Positions 20,046 through 29,596 of a stretch of DNA of 64,000 nucleotides are shown piece by piece; within the stretch, counting starts at the first letter, position 1; every line of letters begins with the position of its first letter. A program made the position numbers and the translations under genes. Origin of the DNA: an uncultured Planctomycetota bacterium (GTDB taxonomy: Bacteria; Planctomycetota; Phycisphaerae; Tepidisphaerales; Tepidisphaeraceae); contig CAWJEN010000005.1 of assembly GCA_963841915.1 (NCBI GenBank), forward strand, positions 1,088,001 to 1,152,000. The letters are read 5' to 3'. The notes beneath the pieces are model-generated. The model ran no database searches. It had not been told where the DNA came from and saw only the letters and a program-made list of their open reading frames with translations.

Positions 20046-21480
20046 CAGGCTTGTCTTGCAGCACGTCCGTTTCGCCCTCAGACCTGGCGATAGTCACCGC
20101 ACCGACGCTGTCGCCGAAGATGTTGACGGCCGTACGGCACATGTCGAGCGGGCGGTCGAAGACGAACAACAGCGCCATGCCTGCGATGAGGTCGACCTCG
20201 ATGCCGCGCGACGCCAGCCCGTTCTGCACACCGCCCAAAATCACAGCGATGGCCACGAGGCTCGCCGACGGCACGCCTGCCACGCCCACGCTCGTCAAAA
20301 GCGCCGTCAGCACGATGATGAATTGCTGCGTGATCGACAGGTCGACGCCAAACGCCTGACAGATAAAGACGGCCGCGACACATTCATACAAGGCCGTCCC
20401 GTCCATGTTGACCGTCGCCCCCAGCGGCAGCGTGAAGCCAGCCACCCTGTTGCTCACGCCCGCCCGCTTTTCGACACAGTCCATCGTCAGCGGCAGCGTC
20501 GCCGACGACGAGCTTGTGCTGAACGCCGTCAGCAGTGCCGGCGTCATCGCCTTGTAGTGCCGCAGCGGGTTCACCCGGGCCACGAAAGCCAGCACGAGCG
20601 GCATCACGCCCAGAAAGTGCACCAGCAACGCCGCCAATGCCGTCGCCGCGAAGACGAGGATGCCCGTCAGGAACTGCTCGAACCGGCCGTCTGGGTAAAG
20701 CGACGCAAACTGCTTGGCGAACGTGCCTGCGATGAGAAAGAAGACGCCGATCGGGGCCAGTCGCAGGACGACGTCGGTCACCATCAGCGTCAGGTGGTAG
20801 ATGCCGTCGATGACGTTTCGTACCGCCCGGCCGCTGTCGGGGTGCAGGCGGATGACGCGGCTGAGGAAGTAGCCCACCAGCATCGAGACGACGATCAGCC
20901 CGAGCAATTGCCCGTCGGCGGCAGCACCGACGAGGTTGTCGGGCACCATCGCACGGAAGACGTCCAGGAAGTCGCCACCCGTTTTGCCACCCACCTTGGC
21001 ATCAACCGCGGCACGGTCACCGGCAAAGGCCGACAAATCACCACCGGCCAGGATCGGCTGACCACCGACGACGCCGGGCGAGATCACGTTGACCAACACC
21101 AGGCCGATGAGAACGGCGATCAGGCTGGTCGTCAGGTAGTAGACGAGCGTTTTGGTGCCAAGCCGGGCAAAGTCCCCGCCACCGCCGGCCTGGGCGGTGA
21201 GGTTGGCAATGGCCAGGATGATGCTCGTGGTAACGAGCGGGACGATGATGAGCTTGAGTCCGTTGAGGAACAGGTCGCCACCGAGCTCGAAGAGCTGGTA
21301 GAGGGCGGTTGCGATGACCTTATCGCCACCGACGGTGCCCCTGGCTTCTGGGGCGGTCGAGGCAGGAATTTCGCCGATGGCCCACCAGCCCACGGCCAAC
21401 CCTGTTGCGGCACCCAGGAGCAGTCCGAGCAGGATCTGCCAGTGCAACGGCCATTGCCAGGGCTTGTGCGCGTTCTGCAT
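20032..21480 (-). CDS. Dicarboxylate/amino acid:cation symporter
   Basis: AFSTSSSSATLP, LPLGATVNMDGTALY, DRPLDMCRTAVNIFGD. Confidence 0.95.
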   Translation of the reverse strand: MQNAHKPWQWPLHWQILLGLLLGAATGLAVGWWAIGEIPASTAPEARGTVGGDKVIATALYQLFELGGDLFLNGLKLIIVPLVTTSIILAIANLTAQAGGGGDFARLGTKTLVYYLTTSLIAVLIGLVLVNVISPGVVGGQPILAGGDLSAFAGDRAAVDAKVGGKTGGDFLDVFRAMVPDNLVGAAADGQLLGLIVVSMLVGYFLSRVIRLHPDSGRAVRNVIDGIYHLTLMVTDVVLRLAPIGVFFLIAGTFAKQFASLYPDGRFEQFLTGILVFAATALAALLVHFLGVMPLVLAFVARVNPLRHYKAMTPALLTAFSTSSSSATLPLTMDCVEKRAGVSNRVAGFTLPLGATVNMDGTALYECVAAVFICQAFGVDLSITQQFIIVLTALLTSVGVAGVPSASLVAIAVILGGVQNGLASRGIEVDLIAGMALLFVFDRPLDMCRTAVNIFGDSVGAVTIARSEGETDVLQDKPVTAP

Positions 21481-21619
21481 ACGCCGCCGACTCTAACGGC
21501 CGCTGCGTCCTGTCGCACGTGTGCCGTTGCGCCGCGTAAGTTTCTATTGAAATGAGTCGGCTCACCCGATAGGGTGACGGCGAATGCCCGGCCGTGTCGG
21601 CCGGTTTTGGGAGAAATTT

Positions 21620-22585
21620 ATGCAGCACATCCGACGTACCTCTGTCGTCCTCGCCGCCGCCGTCGCCGCATCAGCGGGCGTCGCCAGCGCTGACCTTCTT
21701 ATTCCGAACTCATCGAATGACACCATCGGCCTGTACAGCAGCGTCGACGGCAGCGTCATCAATGCCAACTTCATCGTCGACGCCAACGACGCTGCCACAT
21801 ACGACTTCGGCACCCCGAAGGAAGCCATTCAGGTCGGTAACGAGATCTTCGTCAGCGATCAGCTGGCCGATGCCATCTTCATCTTCGACCTCGGTGGCAA
21901 CTACGTCGACAAGATCGACTCCGGCCTCGATAACGTCCGCGGCCTCGCTTACGAGCCGAGCAACAACACCGTCTACATTGCCAACGGTGGCAACGCCAAC
22001 GGCGCGCCCGAAGACCAGATCGTCACGATCGACCCGACCAGCCGCTCCATCACCGGCAGTTTCGGCTTTGGTCCGCCCAACTTCTCGCCGTTCGACGTCG
22101 AGACGTACATGGGCCGACTGCTCGTCAGTGACATCGACGGCGGCTCGCTGAACAGCGAAGGCGTCGACGTCTTCGAGCTCGACGGCACGTTCGTCAGCCG
22201 CATCGTCTCGGCCAACACGACTGACCCGGACAGCGGCCCCGACTTTCCGCAGCAGATCAGCGCCAAGATCAGCGACGACGGCTTCCTCGTCGCCGGCTTC
22301 AGCCCGCCGGCCGGCGTCTTCGAGTACGACAGCGACGGCAACCTCGTCGCCACCTACGCCGACAACTTCGGCCAGCGCGGCGTCTTCGAACTGCTCAACG
22401 GTGACTACCTCTACACCGGTGGCGGTCCGGACGGCCAAGGCACCTACGCCATCGACCTCGCCACAGGCGGCCTGACCAAGGTCGGCGACGGCAATCAGTA
22501 CATCTCCCCGGTCGCCATTCCCGAGCCGGCCACCGCGGCCGTTCTGGGCCTGAGCGTCCTCGGCATGCTGCGTCGCCGCCGCTGA
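21620..22585 (+). CDS. Secreted beta-propeller-like protein with PEP-CTERM signal
   Basis: Signal peptide ASA-D; C-terminal IPEPATAAVLGLSVLGMLRRRR. Confidence 0.85.
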   Translation: MQHIRRTSVVLAAAVAASAGVASADLLIPNSSNDTIGLYSSVDGSVINANFIVDANDAATYDFGTPKEAIQVGNEIFVSDQLADAIFIFDLGGNYVDKIDSGLDNVRGLAYEPSNNTVYIANGGNANGAPEDQIVTIDPTSRSITGSFGFGPPNFSPFDVETYMGRLLVSDIDGGSLNSEGVDVFELDGTFVSRIVSANTTDPDSGPDFPQQISAKISDDGFLVAGFSPPAGVFEYDSDGNLVATYADNFGQRGVFELLNGDYLYTGGGPDGQGTYAIDLATGGLTKVGDGNQYISPVAIPEPATAAVLGLSVLGMLRRRR

Positions 22586-22610
22586 TCCGGCTTCATCCTC
22601 AGTCTGACCT

Positions 22611-22640
22611 GGCCCAGCCACTCCGGTGGCTGGGCCTTTT
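22611..22640 (+). terminator. Intrinsic terminator
   Basis: ggcccagccac-tccg-gtggctgggcc-tttt. Confidence 0.85.
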
Positions 22641-22699
22641 CGTCAGCCCTCCGCGCCGTGGCGACACGCGCAACGTCCTCCGCGCTACACTGCCCGCTC

Positions 22700-24569
22700 A
22701 TGGCCGACGCCGGTGCAAAAGCCTCTGACGCCGCCACGCCGTACCAGGTGCTGGCCCGCAAATACCGCTCGCGGACCTTTGACGAAGTCGTCGGCCAGGA
22801 GGCCGTCGCTACAACGCTCAAAAAGGCCATTCGAGACCGGCCGCGTCCACCACGCCTACCTGTTTTCCGGCACACGCGGCGTCGGCAAAACGTCGATGGC
22901 CCGCATCCTGGCGCTGGCTCTGAACGACCCCACGGCCGAAGCGCCCACGCCCACGCCCGACCCGACGAGCGAAACGGCCGACGCGATCTTCAAGGGTGAC
23001 GACGTCGATGTCATCGAGATCGACGCCGCCAGCAACACGGGCGTCGACAACGTCCGCGACCTCATCGAAAATGCCCGCTTCCGGCCGATGCGCAGCCGGT
23101 TCAAGATCTACATCATCGACGAGGTCCACATGCTCTCCAAGGCGGCGTTCAACGCGCTGCTGAAGATCATGGAAGAGCCGCCGAGCCATGTGAAGTTCAT
23201 CCTGGCGACGACGGAGCCCGAGAAGGTGCTGCCGACGATTCTGAGCCGCGTCCAGCGGTTCGACTTCCGCAACATCGCCTCGAATGACATCGTCGGCCAT
23301 TTGCAGGCGGTTGTGACCAGCGAAGGCCGCACCGCCAGCGATGACGCGCTGGCCCTTGTCGCCCGCAACGGCCAGGGCTCGATGCGTGACAGCCTGAGCC
23401 TGCTCGACCGTTTGCTGGGCGGCCTCGACGCCAGCGACACGCTCGACATCGGCGACGTGACACGGCTGCTGGGCCTGCCGCCGCGTGAGCAGATCGCCGA
23501 CTTGATCGACGGGGTTGCGGAAGGCGACGCCAAGGCCGTGCTGGCTCAGGCCGACTCGATGTTGTCGGGTGGTTTGGCGTCGGACGCCTTCATCGGTTCG
23601 CTTGTCGAGCACGTCCATGTCTTGCTGGTGCGTTCCGTCGTCGGCGACGGCGAGGGCAACGACCTGCCGGGCGTGACGGGCGAGCGACTCGACGAGCAGG
23701 CCGAGCGCTTCGATCAAGCGGGGATGACGCAGGCAGTCGTGATCCTCGAAGAGCTTCGCCGCCAGCTTCGCGGCAGCGGCGGGGGCGGGACAGGCCGAGC
23801 CCTCATCGACGCGACGCTGGTCCGGCTGGCGCTGGCGCGGCAATTCACGCCCGTCGACGACCTGATGGCCGCCGCCAGTGGTGCGGCATCGCGACAGCCT
23901 GCGGAAAAAAAAACGGCTGACATAAAGCCTGCTCGCCGCCCACTTCCAGAGCGAGAAGCACCCGCTCCCCGTAAGGCCGAGCCGGAAGGTTCAGGCACGG
24001 CTGACCCCGCGCGGCGAGAACCTGTCGCAGCGGACGCGACGCCTCCCGGCTCGGCACCACCGAGCGATGTAACGCTGACGCCCGCTCCGTCGCCAGAGGT
24101 CACACCACCATCAGCATCAGGCGACTCGCCTCTGTCGCAGTTGGTGGCTGCACTGAATCGTGGAGGCGCACGCGATGCGTCGCTTGTTGCCGAGTCTCGA
24201 CTGGAGGTCGCCGCCGACGGTGCGGTGACGTTGCGATACGCGCACGAGCACTCGATGTTCCCGGGCATGCTCGAGCGTCATGGCACGCGGCCGCAGATCG
24301 TGGCGGCGTTGCGAGAGGTGTTGTCGCTGGAGGCCGACCCGCCTTTGGCGTTCGAGGTCGATGAGGCACCGGAAGCAGGCGACGAGGAGGCCCAGGAGCG
24401 GGAAACGAAGCGTCCGCGGATCAAGAAGCCGCCCATCCCGACGGGCGACGTGGCCATGCCGACGGCGCCGAACGCACCACCGCCGGAGCTGGATTGGGAA
24501 GCCGACCCGCTGGTCAGGGCCGCGATGCGGGAGCTGGGCGCGCGTGTGGTGAAGGTCGAAGACGCGTGA
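22700..24569 (+). CDS. dnaX: DNA polymerase III subunit gamma/tau (one extra base near 22831 in this assembly)
   Basis: YQVLARKYRSRTFDEVVGQE in one frame; HAYLFSGTRGVGKT, EIDAAS, IIDEVHML, NALLK..EEPP in the +1 frame. Confidence 0.92.
23905..23913 (+). other. A9 slippery run in dnaX (candidate tau/gamma recoding site)
   Basis: gcg gAA AAA AAA Acg gct gac ata aag; TGA and TAA follow within a few codons in the two shifted frames. Confidence 0.7.
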
Positions 24570-24732
24570 CAGAAGGCCGCCGCGGCGGCCGCGGCGGCGC
24601 ATGGGTGTGGCGACCGCATTCCGTCCGGCGGTGCACGCAAAAGAGGGCAGTCTTGAGACGTTTCGACGCTGAAAGTGCGTAGGAATTACGTTGCTGCGCA
24701 CGACCCGCCGACGGACTCGGCGGGCGTCGGCC

Positions 24733-24748
24733 TGTTCCACGTGGAACA
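24733..24748. promoter_or_regulatory. parS centromere site
   Basis: Perfect palindrome TGTTCCACGTGGAACA. Confidence 0.88.
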
Positions 24749-24807
24749 ACGGGGGACCTTCAGAGACCGACAATCCTTCGCCACGACGCGTGGCGGGGGA
24801 TGGCGAA

Positions 24808-24823
24808 TGTTCCACGTGGAACA
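24808..24823. promoter_or_regulatory. parS centromere site
   Basis: Perfect palindrome TGTTCCACGTGGAACA. Confidence 0.88.
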
Positions 24824-24875
24824 TTCCGCTCCCGCCGACGAAGCCGGACCCCAAATGGCCGCCGCGGCGCAGCGC

Positions 24876-26624
24876 TTAGTCGAGGTTCATCTTCAACAGG
24901 AACTCGCCGTTGCTCTTGGACTTCTCGAGTCGGCCCTTGAGCAGCTCCATCGCCTCGACCGGGTTCATGTCCGAAAGCACACGTCGTAAGCGGTAGACGA
25001 GCTGCATTTCCTTCGGATCGAGCAGCAGTTCCTCGCGGCGGGTGCCGCTGGCGTTGATGTCGATGGCCGGGTAGACGCGCTTTTCGACGAGGCGACGGTC
25101 GAGGTGCAATTCGCTGTTACCGGTGCCTTTGAACTCTTCGAAGATAACGTCGTCGGCCTTGGAGTTCGTGTCGACAAGGGCGGTGGCGAGGATGGTGAGC
25201 GACCCGCCGTTCTCGATGGCGCGGGCGCTGCCGAAGAAGCGTTTGGGCTTTTGCAGGGCAGCGGTGTCGACGCCGCCTGAGCCGAGCTTGCCGCTGGACG
25301 TTTCGTTGTTGTACGCGCGGGCGAGCCGGGTGATGGAGTCGAGGAGGATGATGACGTCCTTGCCGTACTCGACGTATCGGCGGGCCTTGTCCATCACGGT
25401 CTCGGCCACCTGGATGTGGCGGGCGCTGCCTTCGTCGAAGGTCGAGCTGACGATCTCGCCCTTGGTGTTGCGACGCATGTCCGTCACTTCCTCGGGCCGC
25501 TCGTCGATGAGCATGATGATCAGGACGGCCTCGGGGTGGTTGATGCTGATCGAGTTGGCGATCTTCTGCAGCAGTACCGTCTTGCCCGTCCGCGGCGGGG
25601 CGACGATGAGCATGCGCTGACCCAGGCCGATGGGCGTGACGAGGTCGACGACGCGCATCGAGACTTCGTCAGGGGCATGTTCGAGGTGCAGCCGCCGTTC
25701 GGGGTGCAGCGGCGTCAGGTCTTCGAAGTTCCGGACGCGGTGCACCTTCTGCGGGTCCTCGCCCATGATCTTGTCGACCTTGAGCAACGCGAAGTACCGC
25801 TCGGACTCTTTGGGCGGACGGATCTGGCCGAAGACGGTGTGGCCACGCTTGAGGCCGAACCGGCGGACCTGGCTCGGGCTGATGTAGATGTCGTCAGGCG
25901 AGGCGACGTAGTTGTTGTCGGGGCTGCGGAGGAAGCCAAACCCGTCGGGCAGCACTTCGAGAACGCCCTCGCCGAAGAGCAGGCCGGTCTTGCGTGCCCT
26001 GCCACGAAGGATGCGGAAGATAAGGTCCTGGCGCTTGAGCTTCGGCGCCTCGTCGATGCCTTCTTCCTTGGCCAGTGCGAGCAACTCGTCGTCGCTCTTG
26101 TCGCGCAGTTCGCGGAGGTAGAGCTTGTCCTCGTGGGTCAACGGCTTGAACCGCAGCCCCTCGGGCGTGTTGGCGGCGATCTCCTCGTCGCTGGGGATGT
26201 ACGGCTTGTCGACCCGTTCTTCCTCGACCTCAGGCTCGGGCGCTCGATGCACGCTTTCGACAGGCTTGGCGGCTTTGGCAGTCTTGGCACGGCGTGGCGC
26301 GCGGGCCTTTTTAACTACCTCAGGCTCTGCCGGTTCGTCGTGGGCGGCTTCGATTTCGGATGGCTCTTCTGGGGCAGGCGTTTCTTCGTGAACGAGCGGC
26401 TCTTCTGCCACGGCGTCTGACTTCTTGGCGCGGCGACGACTCTTCCGCTTGGGCTTGACCGGCGCATCATCCTCTGCAGCGGCGACTGCGGCAACGGTGC
26501 CTTCAGCCGGCTGGGTTTCATCAGCGGCCGGGGCGTCGACGGCCTCGGTCAGCGGCAGGTTCTGCTGCTCGGCGTCTGTCGCCTCGTCTGTCTTGGTCCG
26601 CCGCCGGGAAGTACGTTTTGCCAT
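24876..26624 (-). CDS. rho: Transcription termination factor Rho with long N-terminal extension
   Basis: [63 protein letters not shown]. Confidence 0.97.
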   Translation of the reverse strand: MAKRTSRRRTKTDEATDAEQQNLPLTEAVDAPAADETQPAEGTVAAVAAAEDDAPVKPKRKSRRRAKKSDAVAEEPLVHEETPAPEEPSEIEAAHDEPAEPEVVKKARAPRRAKTAKAAKPVESVHRAPEPEVEEERVDKPYIPSDEEIAANTPEGLRFKPLTHEDKLYLRELRDKSDDELLALAKEEGIDEAPKLKRQDLIFRILRGRARKTGLLFGEGVLEVLPDGFGFLRSPDNNYVASPDDIYISPSQVRRFGLKRGHTVFGQIRPPKESERYFALLKVDKIMGEDPQKVHRVRNFEDLTPLHPERRLHLEHAPDEVSMRVVDLVTPIGLGQRMLIVAPPRTGKTVLLQKIANSISINHPEAVLIIMLIDERPEEVTDMRRNTKGEIVSSTFDEGSARHIQVAETVMDKARRYVEYGKDVIILLDSITRLARAYNNETSSGKLGSGGVDTAALQKPKRFFGSARAIENGGSLTILATALVDTNSKADDVIFEEFKGTGNSELHLDRRLVEKRVYPAIDINASGTRREELLLDPKEMQLVYRLRRVLSDMNPVEAMELLKGRLEKSKSNGEFLLKMNLD

Positions 26625-26779
26625 CTGTTAGATAAGGGTTGATGAGGTCGTCGACCTCGGTCCGACCGCCGATGAAGAGAGCTTGGCGGGGGTGGCGCGG
26701 CTGTGGGCAGCGATGCCGACAGGCCACACATGCAATCGAATGTCGCAGGGTCACGCAAGGCGTCGCGTGAAAAGGTGGG

Positions 26780-27487
26780 TCAGGCCGCGCCGGCTGAAGC
26801 CGCGCCGCCACAGCATCCCGTCGTCGTTGAGCAACCGCAAGTGCCGCCCGCACTCGTGCCGCCGCAGCAACCTTGCCCGACGAGCGTCGACGTGATGTCG
26901 TCAAGAACAGCCCTGACCGCGTCGGCATCCGCCGGCTCGTCCGTGCTGTTGACGATCACATAGTCGGCCCGATCTCGCTTCTTGTCTAGGCCTATCTGTG
27001 CTTTTTCCCGACGTGCCAATTCGCCGGCGTCCCAACCGCGTCCGAGCACGCGACGCTGGCGGTCACCCTCAGGCGCATCAACCAACACCACGCGGTCACA
27101 CAGCCGGTCCAGCCGCGTTTCCATCAGCAACGGCGAGTCCCAGACGTAGGCAGCCGTCGACTCGTCCCGGGCGGCAGCGTCCATCATCTCGACCCTGGCC
27201 TTGTTGACCACCGGGTGCAGCAACTCTTCCAGAAAACGACGCTGCTCCGGCTGATCGAACACCACGCGGGCCAACGCCGGCCGGTCGATCTCGCCGCGAT
27301 CGTTCATGAACGACTCGCCGAACCGCTCGAGGATGGCCCGCTTGACCGCCGGGTGCGTGTAGGCGACGCGCACCAGCTCGTCAGAGTCGATGACGCAGCA
27401 GCCTGCCTTGCGGAACAGGCCGGCGACGTGGCTCTTGCCGGCTCCGATGCCGCCGACGATTCCGATGATGGGGCGAAGTGCGAACAA
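26780..27487 (-). CDS. coaE: Dephospho-CoA kinase with Cys/Gly-rich tail
   Basis: IIGIVGGIGAGKS, IDSD, IDRPAL..VF, LHP.V, DSPLL.E, ADYVI.N. Confidence 0.9.
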   Translation of the reverse strand: MFALRPIIGIVGGIGAGKSHVAGLFRKAGCCVIDSDELVRVAYTHPAVKRAILERFGESFMNDRGEIDRPALARVVFDQPEQRRFLEELLHPVVNKARVEMMDAAARDESTAAYVWDSPLLMETRLDRLCDRVVLVDAPEGDRQRRVLGRGWDAGELARREKAQIGLDKKRDRADYVIVNSTDEPADADAVRAVLDDITSTLVGQGCCGGTSAGGTCGCSTTTGCCGGAASAGAA

Positions 27488-27520
27488 CCGGCCACAGCGT
27501 ATGCGGCAGGCGTTGGCGTT

Positions 27521-27977
27521 TCACCAGAACTCGCGCCACGCCGTGACGGCCACCCAATTTCCCGCAGGATCCTTCAAGAGCACGCCGTCTTCGCCTGCCA
27601 CAATGCCCCGCATCGCCTCGAAGTCGACCTGCTCGCTCTGCAGCATCGTGACCAGCTCGTTGAAGTGCTTGACAAAGACCCCGGTCGGCCGCACGGAGTC
27701 GCGTTCGGGCAGACTCAGTCAGCACCTCGAAGCGAATGGCGTTGTTGTCGGCCGCGTAGACGATGCCGCCGTCGGTCCGCCGTTCCATGCGAAGCATGCG
27801 CACGTAAAACGCGTCGAGCTTCGGCACGTCGTCGGCAGCGACCGGCAGCGTGACATCATTGACGCTCTCCAGCCGCACGGGCGGCGGTTCGGGCAGCGTC
27901 GGCCGCTTGTCATCGCCCGCAGCCCGGATCGCCTCCCGCCACGCCGGTTCGCTTGTCTCGCTGTGCGACGGCTCCAT
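27521..27977 (-). CDS. VOC/glyoxalase-like protein (one extra base at about 27713)
   Basis: LDAFYVRML in the 5' frame; removing one base joins LPERDSVRPTGVF...LLKDPAGNWVAVTAWREFW* (DPxGN motif). Confidence 0.65.
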
Positions 27978-28064
27978 GGATCACGATAGAGCCGTGCGCA
28001 CGCAATCGGCGGCGGACGCACGAAGCGCCACGCCGCCGTCTGGTTCCTGTCCCTGATGGAGCAC

Positions 28065-28784
28065 TCACGCCGCCATGCGCATCGGCGTCGGCTTCTGATC
28101 TTCCATCTCCTGCGGCAGGGCACCGCCGGCCGGCAGGTTCACGCTGGTCGGCGTGCTGCTCGGCCCGCTTTCGCCCTTGCCGTTCGTCCAGAACGCGCTC
28201 ACCCAGGCCGTGTCGCCCGTGGTGCTCGGCGGGAACGGGATCTCGACCCGCGTCCGCGTGACCTGCTCGCCGTAGCTGCCATTCCGTGATGCTGTCGGGA
28301 GCGACCGGCCCGAGGTGCGTGAAGATGGTGGCTCCGGCGACATCCGCCGGCTTGGCCCGCCGCGTCTTGCTCTGCAGCAGCTCGACGATGATCCGCCGGC
28401 CCTCACCGAGCCTGACCTTCACCAAGGGCGCCATCGTCGGCCGCGGAATGCTCCGCCGCTCGCCGGTCGACACGTTCAGGCCGAGGTCGAGTTTCAACTC
28501 GTCGCTGACGTCGACCAGTCCGCCGATCTGCTTGGCGTATTTGCGGGTCAGTCGGATCACTTCCTTCTTGGTCTCGTTCTTACGCCAGATGGCCTTGCGC
28601 CCGCGTGTCTCGGGGTCTTCGGCCGCCTGCAGCTCGCTGGTGTAGGTGTTGACGGCGATCACATACTCGGCGACCTCGTCGACAAGGCCGAAGAGCTCGG
28701 CTTGGAGGTCATGAGGCGGGAGAAGTTGGTGACAAAGGTCCGCAGACCGTCGTCGGAGAGGGGTAGAAAGCTGTTCTGTGCCAT
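28065..28784 (-). pseudogene. FN3/Ig-like C-terminal domain protein with two frameshifts (about 28698 and 28276)
   Basis: MAQNSFLPLSDDGLRTFVTNFSRLM / ELFGL...LKLDLGL...RRAKPADVAGA / AWVSAFWTNGKGESGPSS...MRMAA spread over successive frame changes; the shifts may be assembly errors. Confidence 0.6.
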
Positions 28785-29207
28785 GGCACGTCCTTGTGCA
28801 AGGGGAAGCGCCAACGCCGTGACCCACTGGCCCCAAACCACGCCGGCAGTCACTATGTCGGCCGTCGGACGCCGGCGACTGGAGGCGAACGACGAGACAA
28901 TTGTTATCAGGACCCTTGCAAGAGCACGGCCGGCATACGTACTGACGCGAGCCCGTATCCCGCGCATCACTGCCCGCAGTGCAACGGGACGCAAATTGAG
29001 ATGCGGTGGGGCTGGTAACAAAGGTCCGCAGGCCCGCGTCGGTGCTTGGAATGAAATTGTTGGTCGGCATGGTGGCTCCGTGTGTGGGAGGTAGATGCCA
29101 ACGTCGCGACCATGTGGCCCCTGAACACGCCGGCAGCCTGTGTGTCGGCATGCCCGTCGGGTTGCTTGACTCGAAGTGGCCCGTCACCGTTATCGGCACC
29201 GCTCCGC

Positions 29208-29408
29208 ATGGCCCCCGTACGGATCGACCGCACCTGCTCCGCCTGTGGCTGGCAGAACTTCCGCCTCCGCAAGTACCGCCGGCTCACACTGTTCGACGGC
29301 CCGGTCCGCCGCCACGCGATCGGGTTCTGCCGGAACGGATGGGCGACGAGCAGGACAGCTTCTGACGCGTTTCGTGCCGCAGCCGCTGACGTCTGGCGTG
29401 GTGGATGA
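29208..29408 (+). pseudogene. Possible degenerate zinc-ribbon protein fragment
   Basis: CSACGWQNFRLRKYRRLTLFDGPV resembles CxxC...RRWFTLFFIP zinc-ribbon proteins, but there is no second CxxC. Confidence 0.25.
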
Positions 29409-29596
29409 GGAAACGAACGAACTCCTCGTGTGTCTGCTCACGAGCCTTGCAACCGACGCATCAACTCGTCATGATGCCGCCCCCGCCGAGGCACGACGGG
29501 CGGGCCGAGGGGACGGGCTTCATCACGCGGACGTTGTCGTCCGCAACCTCAATCCCCCACGGCCGCCAAGAAAGTCTTCGGCCGAGGGGAGACGCC

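Noticed and set aside
24570..24875. Replication origin oriC
   Set aside because: parS sites imply proximity only; no dnaA gene, DnaA-box cluster or AT-rich unwinding element was seen.
27910..29199. 429-aa ORF as a single real protein
   Set aside because: It is a chimera of a truncated duplicate N-terminus, non-coding DNA, the middle frame of the frameshifted FN3-like gene and off-frame sequence.
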